DNA of 57,105 bases from Candidatus Bathyarchaeia archaeon (GTDB lineage: Archaea > Thermoproteota > Bathyarchaeia > Bathyarchaeales > Bathycorpusculaceae), in NCBI GenBank assembly GCA_050010515.1, contig JBEKKX010000016.1, forward strand, positions 1 to 57,105, in the 5' to 3' direction. Numbering within the stretch: the first letter of the stretch is position 1; every line of letters starts with the position of its first letter. The position numbers were made by a program, and so were the translations under genes. The notes below the pieces were generated by a model. It searched no databases and was not told the origin of the DNA. It worked only from the letters and a program-made list of their open reading frames with translations. This document shows, piece after piece, positions 29,850 to 40,484 of this stretch.

Positions 29850-30054
29850 ATGCTATTTTTACGGTATTTTTTGTTCAGTAGTGAGGTAGTTTCAAGCGCT
29901 CAGCAATGCTTACATATGCATATCGGTTCACTAAAAAAACGTTGAAAAAAATGAATGTGAATTGAGGAGACGAATGAGAAAAGAAAAGGGTTTAACAGAT
30001 ACTTCACGCGGGCGCGCAATTTATTAGACAAGGAAACTTGGTGAAGGCAAGGGT

Positions 30055-30975
30055 TTATGTCACTATTATTTCTTTGATGAATTTGACCCAGTATTGTCCC
30101 CATTTGTATTGTTCAGTGGGGAGGAACAGTCTGAACGGTCCGCCTTGATCTAGCGGTAAAGCTTTACCATTCTCCATGTAACCGAGCTGCATTTGGGATT
30201 CTTGGATTTGTGCGATCGTGAAGTTCTGTTCATAACCGTCTATTGCGATAAAAGTCACCATTTCTGCAGTGTTAGACATTTTTGCGGCGTTAAGCACGGA
30301 CATCATTGAAGCTCCTGTCCAATCTGAGGTTCTGTTGGGCTCGTCTCCTGGAACGAATTCTGCATGCACTGTTGTCTGTTGGAAGTCTGTCACGTTCTCT
30401 CCGGTGATTGTTAACGGATTCGACACATCTCCGGAGACAGACACTGTCCATAATCCAATATTGACTTCAGCCACGCTCTCCACTTGATATTGATCTGAGA
30501 AATATGGTGCGATCAATCTTACCGGCCCGCCGGTTTCATTAGTCATCCACTGACCGTTCTTCACAAAGGCCAACATGATCCTGCTGTTGTTCTGGCCGCG
30601 TGGGAAGGAGGTGCTGTTCCACGCCTGAAAAGCGGTTAGCGTTGCTTCATCTCCATTCGCTGAGATTATGTTGATTGTCCCTGCGTCCCAATCCATGCCG
30701 CTTCTTTCGCAGAAGTCTAAGAGGGTTACTCCTTTGTAGGTGGCGTTCTCACCGTCTATTACGGTGTTGACAGTGGTCAAAGGCATTTGAGTCATTTCTT
30801 TAAGCGTCATAGTTACTTCTTGCTTTACTTCACCTGAAACCTTAATCTGCCATTGTGGCGGTTCCCCTGAAGGCAACTGGCTTGCGCTAGGCTTCATTTG
30901 GAAATAGACCACAAATATCGCTACAACAATTATGACTAAGACAGAGATTGCGAGTATTTTCGTTCTTTTTTGCAT
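30055..30975 (-). CDS. Membrane-anchored protein with two molybdopterin-oxidoreductase (sulfite oxidase/MsrP)-like domains
   Basis: N-terminal TM; two repeats of W.I.VSG.V..(Y/W).G..(NG/DGY)..GGP.RL..P. Start at ATG 30975. Confidence 0.8.
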   Translation of the reverse strand: MQKRTKILAISVLVIIVVAIFVVYFQMKPSASQLPSGEPPQWQIKVSGEVKQEVTMTLKEMTQMPLTTVNTVIDGENATYKGVTLLDFCERSGMDWDAGTINIISANGDEATLTAFQAWNSTSFPRGQNNSRIMLAFVKNGQWMTNETGGPVRLIAPYFSDQYQVESVAEVNIGLWTVSVSGDVSNPLTITGENVTDFQQTTVHAEFVPGDEPNRTSDWTGASMMSVLNAAKMSNTAEMVTFIAIDGYEQNFTIAQIQESQMQLGYMENGKALPLDQGGPFRLFLPTEQYKWGQYWVKFIKEIIVT

Positions 30976-31154
30976 GATTTCTGTTTCCCCTATTGACAAC
31001 CGCTTAGCGCACGAGCCTTTCAGCGGTTTTATGCTCAATGCAACGTTTTCTTTCGAGTTTTATTCTTTCTTGTTTGAGCAAACACTTTACTTATGAATTG
31101 CGAAATGCTTTTAAATACATATCGATGATATTGCGATAGAAAGGTGAACTTGAA

Positions 31155-33053
31155 ATGAGTAATACTTCAGTAACAAAAAGCAAACTCAACAAAAAACTAG
31201 TAGCTATCCTAATAATAGTAATAATAGCAGTCGCCGCAGTCGCTGTCTGGCAGTTATACCCCAAAAAGAGCACAACTTCAAAATTGGTTCTTCCCCCGAT
31301 GACCCTAACCGTCATAGGTGCCAACGGACAAACAGTAGTGTTAAACTCAACTAGCATGGCAGCCCTCTCATCCTACACAGCAAAAGGCGGCTTCGAAAGC
31401 AGCGGCGGAGCAATCGAAGAAGTCGGCAACTACACCGGAGTTCCAATCCAAACCATTCTCAACTTGGTAGGAGGAATCACCAGCGACGAAACTTTGACCG
31501 CGACAGGCTCCGACGGATACTCCATGGTCTTCACCTACGCCCAAGTTAATGGCCAAGGTTTCACTACCTACGATCCTGTTACAGGAAGCGAAGTGCAGTC
31601 AAATCAAACCCTAACTATGGTTATCAGTTACTTTCAAAACGGCGCCCCCATAGCATCCGACATCGCACCCTTACGACTTTGTATTCTGGGATCAGAAGGC
31701 TTGCTCACAGAAGGGCACTACTGGGTTAGCTTATTAGACAAATTGCAGGTGACCGGCAACGTTCAAGATTGGAACGTGACCGTTAACGCCACGACATCCT
31801 TGGTTATGGACCGCCAAGCATTTACCGCTGACCTTAACCACTTTCCGTTAAACTGGACTGATGCTAACGGCAACGTCTGGACAGGCGATGCGCTCTGGCG
31901 CTGGGTATCATGGAGCAACGTCAACGGAGGCGTCAGCAACGCTTCATTGAACGCGGGCTACTCAGTCAAAGTAATAGGTGGCGACGGCTATTCAGCCACT
32001 TTCGAAGGCAGCCAAGTAAACAATAATAACAACATCATCGTGGCAGCGGAACTAAACGGTGCAATCCTATCAGCCCCATACTGGCCTCTGACCATAGTCG
32101 GCTCAGACGTTACCACACAAGAAATGGTCAAAAACATCGTACAAATAGATATAATACTAAACTCGCCATCGCCCACATCCACAGCAACGCCACAAGATTA
32201 TAGCTTGATCGTAAATGGCACAAATGCAGTAACAATGTCTCGTGCAACATTTGAATCCCAAGTGAGCGCAAGCAGCGTAAGTTATACAGCCTCCGGCACT
32301 ACATGGACAGGAACTCCGCTTCACAGGTTGGTGGTATGGGCCCAGAGCAACGGCGTCATCGACAGCAGCTTATTAGCTTCAGGTTATGTCGTTGAGGTGA
32401 TAGGGTCAGACGGCTACACCTCCTACCTAAACGATAGCAGTGTTAACATGAACACACATATTATGGTTGCCAATCAAGCTAACGGTGCTGCTCTCTCAGG
32501 ATCAAACTGGCCACTCACTCTCACAGGCTCAGACTTGACAACGCAACAAATGGTCCAAGGCATAACGCAGATCAAGATAATCCCTCTTCAGGACCTTAAC
32601 CTGACAATTATAGGTCCCACCGGCACGCAAGTCGTCTTACACTCAAATGACCTCTTAGCCCTAAGCAGTTACACCGCGAACGGAGGAACCCGATCGAACG
32701 GTGGAACACTTGCAAACTTCGGCTCTTACACCGGTGTACCGATCCTGACACTCTGCAACCTAGTCGGCGGCTTAACCAGCAGCAATACAATCACAGTCAC
32801 AGGCTCTGACGGTTACCAAAGTACCTATTCATATGCTCAAGCAAACGGACAAGGGATACTCATGTACAATTCAGCGGGAACTCAAGTGAGCGCCACACAG
32901 CCTTTAACCATGATCGTTGCCTACTTCCTGAACGGCGCAAACATACCTTCTGGAACAGGGCCTCTGCGAGCAATGGTTGTCGGACCTGACGGATTGTACA
33001 TGACTGGCTCCTATAGCGCGCAATTGGTGGTAAAAATTCAGATCAATAGCTAA
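31155..33053 (+). CDS. Exported protein with four molybdopterin-oxidoreductase-like repeats (A-B-B-A)
   Basis: N-terminal TM; YTGVPI..GSDGY..PLR repeats 1 and 4; WTG..G.DGY..WPLT..GSD repeats 2 and 3. Confidence 0.8.
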   Translation: MSNTSVTKSKLNKKLVAILIIVIIAVAAVAVWQLYPKKSTTSKLVLPPMTLTVIGANGQTVVLNSTSMAALSSYTAKGGFESSGGAIEEVGNYTGVPIQTILNLVGGITSDETLTATGSDGYSMVFTYAQVNGQGFTTYDPVTGSEVQSNQTLTMVISYFQNGAPIASDIAPLRLCILGSEGLLTEGHYWVSLLDKLQVTGNVQDWNVTVNATTSLVMDRQAFTADLNHFPLNWTDANGNVWTGDALWRWVSWSNVNGGVSNASLNAGYSVKVIGGDGYSATFEGSQVNNNNNIIVAAELNGAILSAPYWPLTIVGSDVTTQEMVKNIVQIDIILNSPSPTSTATPQDYSLIVNGTNAVTMSRATFESQVSASSVSYTASGTTWTGTPLHRLVVWAQSNGVIDSSLLASGYVVEVIGSDGYTSYLNDSSVNMNTHIMVANQANGAALSGSNWPLTLTGSDLTTQQMVQGITQIKIIPLQDLNLTIIGPTGTQVVLHSNDLLALSSYTANGGTRSNGGTLANFGSYTGVPILTLCNLVGGLTSSNTITVTGSDGYQSTYSYAQANGQGILMYNSAGTQVSATQPLTMIVAYFLNGANIPSGTGPLRAMVVGPDGLYMTGSYSAQLVVKIQINS

Positions 33054-33092
33054 ACAAGACTTTAGAAAACAATCAGAGGACACTGAACTGTA

Positions 33093-34181
33093 ATGAGAAA
33101 AGCATACAAAGTCTTTGTAGTCATTGCAGCTCTAATCCTCTTTTTATCTACCTATTTTTTTGTAACAAACTATGTTTATGTTAATCCTTCAAAACAAACA
33201 TTGACGGTTATGGTTGCGACCAGCCTCGAGTATCCAATGGCGAAGGTCCAAGCCGATTTTGAGAAATTGCATCCTAACGTTGATGTTGAAGTCCAAGGTC
33301 ACGGGAGCATTCAGGCTATTAGGCAGGTGACCGAGTTGGGCATGAAGGCCGATGTACTCATGGTGGCCGATTACTCGCTCATTCCGACAATGATGTACTC
33401 GACGAAAATGCCTAACTCGGATGAAAACTACGCCGACTATTACGTGCGTTTTGCAACAAATAGTTTAGTATTGGCATATACTAACCAAAGCCGATACGCC
33501 AGCGAGATTAACTCTGAAAATTGGTATTCGATCTTGTCTCAGCCAGATGTGAAAATCGGAATGGCTAACCCTCAGTTGGACTCGCTAGGTTACAGAACCT
33601 TAGCCGCGATTCAACTAGCTCAAGACTATTACAATAGTTCGGACCTGTTTCATAACCTCATCACATCTAACTTCAACCCACCCATAAATTCTGTTCCCGA
33701 CGGATCCAACTACACTATAGTTATACCTGTAGTGCAGCAACCAGTAGGCGACAAAATAACTCTCACAGCAAGCGAAGTCGACATAATCGCGCTGCTGCAG
33801 ACGGGCAATTTAGACTACGGGTTTATTTATTTGAGCAACGCGAAACAATATGGTTTTAACTACGTGGAACTTCCCAATGAAATCAACCTTGGATCGTCTC
33901 AGTACCAAGATAACTATGAACGAGTATATTTCGCCTTTGACCACCAGAGGTTCGAAACGGTGAACCTGGACAGAAGCGCCCAAACAATTTACTATGGGTT
34001 AACGATTCCTAATAACGCGCCTAATCCAAAATTGGCGGCTGAATTTGTCCAATTTATTCTAACTGGAGGAGGAGCGACCGATTTTGCAAACTCTTATCAG
34101 CCAGTTTTCGCCCCGTCCTACACTGACAACCTTCATGCTCTCCCTGAAAGTCTGCAACTTCAAGTTCAACAAGAGCCCTAA
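33093..34181 (+). CDS. wtpA: Tungstate/molybdate ABC transporter substrate-binding protein
   Basis: ATSL, HGSIQAIRQVTELG..DVLMVADYSLI, D.LGYR, SEVD, IYYGLTIP. Confidence 0.9.
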   Translation: MRKAYKVFVVIAALILFLSTYFFVTNYVYVNPSKQTLTVMVATSLEYPMAKVQADFEKLHPNVDVEVQGHGSIQAIRQVTELGMKADVLMVADYSLIPTMMYSTKMPNSDENYADYYVRFATNSLVLAYTNQSRYASEINSENWYSILSQPDVKIGMANPQLDSLGYRTLAAIQLAQDYYNSSDLFHNLITSNFNPPINSVPDGSNYTIVIPVVQQPVGDKITLTASEVDIIALLQTGNLDYGFIYLSNAKQYGFNYVELPNEINLGSSQYQDNYERVYFAFDHQRFETVNLDRSAQTIYYGLTIPNNAPNPKLAAEFVQFILTGGGATDFANSYQPVFAPSYTDNLHALPESLQLQVQQEP

Positions 34182-34229
34182 CCTCCAAACGCATTTATAT
34201 CAAAAACATCAAAAAATGACCAGAGGACC

Positions 34230-35033
34230 GTGAAAAATATGAGTTGGATAAAGCGGCAATCACCATTCCATGTCATTTTATTCGTGTTAGGACTATGCCT
34301 GGTTCTTTTCCTCATGGTGCCTATACTTGGAACCTTGGCAGATTCCGCCCCCGGCCTTTTGGGTGCGTTTACGGATTACAGGACGCTCAACGCCATATTC
34401 CTCAGCTTTTACTGCGCCTTTCTAGCCACAGTTTTCTTGTTTTTTCTGGGGATTCCTTTCGCTTATTTGTTCGTTCGCAAAGATTTTCCAGGCAAGAAGG
34501 TGCTTGATTCACTATTAGATATTCCGCTTTTGATTCCTCATAACGCCGCGGGTATCGCTCTTCTCACGATTCTCGGAACAAGCTACCCAATAGGTGCAGC
34601 TTTTTCTGTCATAGGCATTCGGTTCGTGGACACCGTTTGGGGCATAATAATTGCCATGGCCTTTGTCAGCGCACCGTTCATGGTTAGAGGTGCCCAAGAA
34701 GCGTTTATCTCTGTAAGCCCTGAAATGGAGAAAGCGGGCAGAAGCCTAGGTGCCACCAGATTCAAAGTTTTCTCAAACGTGACTTTTCCTCTGGCATCAA
34801 GAGGTATTCTGACAGGATGCCTTCTGGCTTGGGCGCGTTCTGTTAGCGAATTCGGTGCAGTGGTGTTGATCGCATACTATCCTAAGACTGCGCCCGTTCT
34901 TCTTTACGACGCTTTCGTTACCGGGGGCTTGAATGCGGCTCTTCCTATTGAGGGTGTTCTGATAATTCTCTCTATAGTGCTGCTAGTCATTTTTAGACTC
35001 TTTGTGTCGAAACCAACGAAACCAATGTATTGA
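34230..35033 (+). CDS. wtpB: Tungstate/molybdate ABC permease
   Basis: DIPLLIPHNAAGIALL, EKAGRSLGA, WARSVSEFGAV..AYYP. Confidence 0.9.
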   Translation: MKNMSWIKRQSPFHVILFVLGLCLVLFLMVPILGTLADSAPGLLGAFTDYRTLNAIFLSFYCAFLATVFLFFLGIPFAYLFVRKDFPGKKVLDSLLDIPLLIPHNAAGIALLTILGTSYPIGAAFSVIGIRFVDTVWGIIIAMAFVSAPFMVRGAQEAFISVSPEMEKAGRSLGATRFKVFSNVTFPLASRGILTGCLLAWARSVSEFGAVVLIAYYPKTAPVLLYDAFVTGGLNAALPIEGVLIILSIVLLVIFRLFVSKPTKPMY

Positions 35034-35052
35034 CAGGAAAAGGGAAAACACG

Positions 35053-36120
35053 TTGTGGCTTAAACTTGCGGAAATCTCGAAAACTTGGGGAAAATTCCAG
35101 CTAAAAGCAATCAACATGTCAATCGAAGACGGCGAGTATTTTGTGATTCTTGGTCCCACAGGCGCGGGAAAGACCCTTCTTCTTGAAACAATCATGGGTT
35201 TTTACAAGCCCGATAAGGGCGAGATTATCCTTGACGGCGAGAACATAACCGACGTGCCACCAGAAAAAAGAAAAATAGGCTACGTCCCACAAAAATGTGC
35301 GCTTTTTCCTCATATGACAGTACGACAAAACATTGAATTTGGACTAAAGATGCAAGGCAAAGAAAAAACCGAACGATACAAGATAGCGACTGGGGTCCTC
35401 GATTTAATAGGTTTGAAATCCTTAGAAAATCGTCACCCCGCTGACCTCAGTGGCGGAGAAAAACAGAAAGTGGCATTAGCAAGAGTCCTCGCTTTTCAAC
35501 CTAAAACAATCCTGTTAGACGAACCCCTCACAGCGTTGGACCCTGAAACCAACAAAGCCCTGAAAAACGAGCTTAGAAGAATTCACAAAGAAGGAAGAAC
35601 GTTGATTCACGTCACCCACGACCAGCTCGAAGGCTTCAGCTTGGGAGACAATGTGGCAATGATGAAATCAGGCGAGATAGTGCAGACTGGAAAAGCAAAA
35701 GAAATCTACGCAAACCCCCAAAACGAGTTCGTCGCAAGATTCCTAGGATACGAAAACATTTTCAATGCCCAAACAACCGCCACAGAAGGCGCCGTATCCG
35801 TGATGAATATTGCCGGCGTCACATTGAGAATGTCGGGTCCAGTAAACAACCTCAAAAGCACGATCACTGTGCGCCCCGAAGACATAACAGTACTCCCCTA
35901 CCCCGCCAACAATGCCGACACAAACTTTCTGAAAGGAAAAATCACCGAGTGCATCGATCAAGGTCCAGTAGTGGCAATAACAGTCGACGCTGGAATATGC
36001 CTCAAAGCCGTAATGACCAAGAGTGCATTCCTCGAAAAAAACCTCGAAACTGGCCAAGATGCCTGGGTCGCCTTCAAGTATGCATCTGTCAGAGCAATAA
36101 TTCACCCTGCTCCCGCCTAA
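35053..36120 (+). CDS. wtpC: Tungstate/molybdate ABC ATPase with TOBE domain
   Basis: GPTGAGKT, LSGGEKQ, LLDEP, HVTHD and C-terminal TOBE. Start taken at TTG 35053. Confidence 0.9.
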   Translation: MWLKLAEISKTWGKFQLKAINMSIEDGEYFVILGPTGAGKTLLLETIMGFYKPDKGEIILDGENITDVPPEKRKIGYVPQKCALFPHMTVRQNIEFGLKMQGKEKTERYKIATGVLDLIGLKSLENRHPADLSGGEKQKVALARVLAFQPKTILLDEPLTALDPETNKALKNELRRIHKEGRTLIHVTHDQLEGFSLGDNVAMMKSGEIVQTGKAKEIYANPQNEFVARFLGYENIFNAQTTATEGAVSVMNIAGVTLRMSGPVNNLKSTITVRPEDITVLPYPANNADTNFLKGKITECIDQGPVVAITVDAGICLKAVMTKSAFLEKNLETGQDAWVAFKYASVRAIIHPAPA

Positions 36121-36563
36121 AATGCCTACCCTGGTTTGTTTACAAATAAGAAATAACCCCACTTTCTCAAGCTACGGTTTAGCAGCTTTTCCATCTTCCT
36201 TTGCCTTGGGTTATCGATCCTGACCGATTTTCTTTGTATGTTAGTTTCGATAATCAATGTCAAGAATCGGCTATTAGCTATGTTCGATTTTAGCCGCGCT
36301 GGCTTGTCCCTAAATCTTAAATTGCCACAAAACAGAAAGCACATGCTGGAAGGAGAATTTTGAAATGAGTTTATCAGACGACTTAAACTACTGACTCGGG
36401 ATTGAACGTTACCCAATCAAGTCTGACATGGGTGAACATTCATCAAGTAGTTGTGAACTACACTATCACTTCGGGAGGCCCCAACGGGCTCTATGTACTT
36501 GGCCTACCTTCGACTTTACTCACCACCATCGTCAATGTCGGAACCCAGCCTTACACTGGGCCC

Positions 36564-37388
36564 CTAACGCGGCTTAACGGAACACGCATGTAGGCTACTA
36601 CTTTTGGTACCACGATGCCCGCGCGCTAAAGTTCTTACGAGATAAAGAGCCGCGTAAACAGAAGATAAAATCAGGAGCAAAGAGAAGAGAGTTCTTTGCG
36701 AATAGTCAAATGAAGCCGTGAAGATGTAGATGCTGTAGTAGCCCACGCCTTCAAGGAATACGAATCTCAACCCGAATCCTGCGGAACTGGATAGAATGAA
36801 TGCGACCGGTTTCATTTTCAGTGTCCCGGCAGCCAGGGAAGTGACGTTGTAGAAGAACGGTATGAAGGTGGATATGAAAATGGAGAATTTGCCGTGTTCT
36901 ACCAACCATTTATCTGCCGTTTCAATGTTCTTCTCGGATATGCGGAGGAGGGACAGGACCTTCAACAGTAGTGGTCTGGCCGCAAGTCTGCCGCAAACGT
37001 ACTCTATCGGAAACACGGCGCCCACGAGACACACCAGAAACGTGTAATATGGATTGAATATCCCTATCGATGATAGATAACCATACGCTGGAACAATAAA
37101 GTAATCGGGAACTGGTAAAAATGCGACGCTAATGAACATGCCGAGGTAACCCGCTAACAAAAATGGCTGCGACACGCCTTCCTTATTGATATTATAGGAC
37201 GATACGTTGATTAAATGAAAATATGCGTTCAGCATGGCTAGAACGCTCAGTAATATTATGAGTATTGAAATTACGAAGAGATAGTGCCAGTATTTGTGCG
37301 GTCTCCCGTGTTTGTCTCCTCCGAACCCGAGAATAGTTTTCCAGATCCGACACGAACCGCTTCTTTTCGGAAGGTTTGTTGCTCTCAT
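36564..37388 (-). CDS. DedA/VTT-domain membrane protein
   Basis: LPVPDYFIVP..Y..GR..ADKWLVEHG..FISTFIPF..SLAAGTLKM. Confidence 0.75.
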   Translation of the reverse strand: MRATNLPKRSGSCRIWKTILGFGGDKHGRPHKYWHYLFVISILIILLSVLAMLNAYFHLINVSSYNINKEGVSQPFLLAGYLGMFISVAFLPVPDYFIVPAYGYLSSIGIFNPYYTFLVCLVGAVFPIEYVCGRLAARPLLLKVLSLLRISEKNIETADKWLVEHGKFSIFISTFIPFFYNVTSLAAGTLKMKPVAFILSSSAGFGLRFVFLEGVGYYSIYIFTASFDYSQRTLFSLLLILSSVYAALYLVRTLARGHRGTKSSSLHACSVKPR

Positions 37389-37735
37389 TCATCTTTCTCT
37401 CCGCATCTCATGGGCTGTCGTGCCGGTTGAAATCATCTACTGTGCTGTGTATTAATAGTCATTCCCTCAACTTTGTGCCGTAATGAATGACTCGACCTAA
37501 CGAGCCGAGTATGTGTTCTTCCTCTCCACGAGCGCCAATGCCATCCGTCCCCTCAAGCCGATCGGTGTTCGTCTTCCAGTTTGTATGATGTTCTTCCCAG
37601 AAATGGTCTTGCAATTATGAGTATGATGATTTGACTGCCCGTGATTATGCTGATTAAGAGCAAGTTTAGTTTGTCGCACGCCGCGCTAAAAAAGAAGATT
37701 TTCGGATAACATCTCCATTTCGGTGTTTGAGAAAG

Positions 37736-38752
37736 CTACGCAATAGTGATGAAGCTTCCGACTCGTTTTTGCAGCGCTTTGTCATAGACAATTTTAGCTG
37801 TTACCGCATCCTGAACTGCCATTCCAGTGGATGTGAAAACTGTGATCTCGTCTTCAGATGTTCTGCCAGGCTTTAGCCCAGCCACTATCTCACCAATTTC
37901 AGCCCATACATCTTCCTTCGTTATTATTTTGTCTCTTAATAATAAAGGGACGTTCATTTCTCCGCCGTGAGATGCTTGCTCCCAATCATCGATCACTATT
38001 TTTGCTCTTTTCAAAATTGATGGATCGAGTTCTTCTTTCCCAATAGCATCGGCACCTATGCAGGTGATGTGCATTCCAGAAGAAACCATGTCGTCCATGA
38101 CTATGGGTTCCCTCGATGGAGTTGTAGTCACCACAATGTCAGCCCCCTCAACTGTTTTTCTCACACTCTCTTCCGGAACAAACTTGCACAAATGCCCATA
38201 TTCTCGTTCAGCTTCAGCTAGAAAAATGTTTTTTGTTTCAGGATGTCTACTCCAGACTCTGATCTCTTCCAGCTTGTTGTAAACCTCAAAAAGCGCCCTC
38301 AACTGAGTTCTTGACTGGGCACCGGCACCTACAAGTCCAACGATTTTGGAGTCTTTTCTCGCAAGAAATTTCGCAGCAATTCCACCTGCAGCTCCCGTTC
38401 TCATATCCGTCATCGTTGTGCCTCCCATTATAGCAAGCGGGAATCCTGTTGAAGGATCTATTAGGATAATAACAGCCATAACTGTTGGAAGCTTGTGCTT
38501 AGATGGATTATCAGGGTGCACATTAACTATTTTCACGGCCGATATGTCCAACTCTTCAAGGTAGCTAGGCATGGTTCTAAGATCGCCATTGTACTTCTTG
38601 AAGTATAGGTAAACCTTCGCGGGCATTTGAACCCGACCTATGCCCTTCTGCTCGAAGGCCAATTCAACCGCTTCCATAACTTCAGACATTGAAAGGAGTT
38701 TCTTTACCTGATCGTCCGTCAACAAAAGAGTTTCCAAAATTTTCCTCTCCAA
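37736..38752 (-). CDS. ala: Archaeal alanine dehydrogenase (ornithine cyclodeaminase/mu-crystallin family)
   Basis: MPAKVY, GDLRTMPSY, VKIVNVHPDN, RTGAAG, GAGAQ, STGMAVQD. Confidence 0.85.
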   Translation of the reverse strand: MERKILETLLLTDDQVKKLLSMSEVMEAVELAFEQKGIGRVQMPAKVYLYFKKYNGDLRTMPSYLEELDISAVKIVNVHPDNPSKHKLPTVMAVIILIDPSTGFPLAIMGGTTMTDMRTGAAGGIAAKFLARKDSKIVGLVGAGAQSRTQLRALFEVYNKLEEIRVWSRHPETKNIFLAEAEREYGHLCKFVPEESVRKTVEGADIVVTTTPSREPIVMDDMVSSGMHITCIGADAIGKEELDPSILKRAKIVIDDWEQASHGGEMNVPLLLRDKIITKEDVWAEIGEIVAGLKPGRTSEDEITVFTSTGMAVQDAVTAKIVYDKALQKRVGSFITIA

Positions 38753-39032
38753 ACGCTATAAGCTAATTTTCCAAAAACATTAATATGGTTTTGCTTTTGG
38801 TTCATTATTGCGTAGCTTCCGAGAAAACAAATGCTGCTTAGCTAGTTAAATCGTTTAGCGCGCATGCGTGTTCCTAAATTTCTGTTGCTGTAATCTCAGT
38901 TTGCACAAAACTTAAAACGAAAATCGTGAGATATTTGTTAAATGTGAAAAAATGAAAATCGTTGTTTATGCAAATGTTGACGAAGATTGGAAAGAGAGAA
39001 TTCAAACACCTTACGGCATCGCTCAGTTTCGT

Positions 39033-39232
39033 TCATACATTAGCCGCTAACTGCTGGGTCTCCGAAATCTGCCCCTGAAGCACTGCTATAACAAGTACTA
39101 TCAGCAGACCTAAAACAATGGCTAAGGCAATATACAGTCTTGAACGGTCGCTATCTGAGGTTGGAGTAGTTTTTGATGGTGGAGTAGTTGCTGATGGTGG
39201 AGTAGTTGTTGGGAGGGATTTGTTGCACTCAT
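39033..39232 (-). pseudogene. Frameshifted small membrane protein with P/T repeats
   Basis: MSATN, 1-nt shift, then PTTTPPSATTPPSKTTPTSDSDRSRLYIALAIVLGLLIVLVIAVLQ; 18-bp imperfect tandem repeat near 39163-39207. Confidence 0.45.
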
Positions 39233-39358
39233 AAGTTGTATTCCTATAACGAGATATATTTGGAAGTTAATTTAAGTTTTTTCAACGACAGGCTGGCGTC
39301 TCGCCAACATTCTTCAACACGTAATATCGGGACAAGGCAGCGCCCATTGATGGCTTAA

Positions 39359-39540
39359 CCAGTTATCGTAGGGGCTGCAATAATCTTGGCAGCCGTAATA
39401 GTTGCGTCAGCAATGATTCTTGAAGGATCTGATATTTTTCTCAGATGCTCCAATTCTCGGTGGTGGAGCAGCAAGCAGCATAATTATGTTGGGCGGAGCA
39501 GGTCTAGCAAGAAACTCTGATAAAAAATGCGCGATTACCC
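39359..39540 (+). pseudogene. Decayed small two-helix membrane protein
   Basis: VIVGAAIILAAVIVASAMILEGSD and PILGGGAASSIIMLGGAG lie in different frames; no start codon. Confidence 0.4.
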
Positions 39541-39584
39541 TTTGATTAGCTTTATATGGTCTTTGCGACATAAACATATCTAGA

Positions 39585-40142
39585 ATGCTTCTCAACAAAA
39601 AACATAAGCTTTCATGCAAAGTCTGGATAGAATACAAAGATAAACCTCTAATTGGCAAAGGTGGAGCAGAAATTCTAGAAGCCATCGATAAGGAAAACTC
39701 GATTTCTAAAGCTGCAGAAACCTTAGGAATGTCCTACCGTTACGTTTGGAATTATCTGCATGATATTCAAAAGACGCTGGAAGAACCAATAGTCGAAACT
39801 TTCAAAGGCGGAAAATCCGGAGGCGGAGGCGCAAAGTTAACGGATTTAGGCAGAAGTTTGCTTGGGGAATATAAGCAAGTGGAGAGCTACCTCGGCAAGG
39901 TTTTGTCGAATTCAGGCAGTTTGGAGGTGAAAGGTTTGAAGTTAAGTGCAAGGAACCGTTTTAAAGGAAAAGTTGTGAGTGTTGAAAAAGGTGTTATTAC
40001 AGCCAAAGTTAAGGTTGAAGTAAAAGTGCCCGTGACTGTTACGGCGGTTATAACTAAGGAAGCCGTTGAAGATTTAGATATTAAAGTTGGCGACGAAGTA
40101 GAGGCAATCGTGAAATCGACGGAAGTAATGATTGCCAAATAA
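39585..40142 (+). CDS. modE: ModE-family molybdate/tungstate-responsive regulator (HTH + TOBE)
   Basis: SISKAAETLGMSYRYVW, GGKSGGGAKLT, LSARNRFKG..AVITKEAVEDL..AIVKSTEV. Confidence 0.9.
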   Translation: MLLNKKHKLSCKVWIEYKDKPLIGKGGAEILEAIDKENSISKAAETLGMSYRYVWNYLHDIQKTLEEPIVETFKGGKSGGGGAKLTDLGRSLLGEYKQVESYLGKVLSNSGSLEVKGLKLSARNRFKGKVVSVEKGVITAKVKVEVKVPVTVTAVITKEAVEDLDIKVGDEVEAIVKSTEVMIAK

Positions 40143-40484
40143 TTTTTTTTTCTCTGCGTCCATAAGCAGTATCAAAGCTTTTTTAGAAGTGGCTAATCAA
40201 AAGGGATACCCTCTTTTTGATACCTGAACCACTAGCAAAAAGACTACCTTTTTCCCCATCAACCACCCAAATATTGGAGCAACAAGCTGAAAGATTCTGA
40301 TTAAGCCTTCGAATCAACTTGAGACATCCCGACCACTTACCCACAATTTTGAAGTAATTTTCAATCAATAATGCGCTTACCCTTGTGCCTCATTTTTAGA
40401 CCTATTTTTGCTAGTTAAAAAGTATCTACCTACTATTATCGGCTGAAAACACTTTATGTTGTAAGAATCAGGATATACAGTTTT

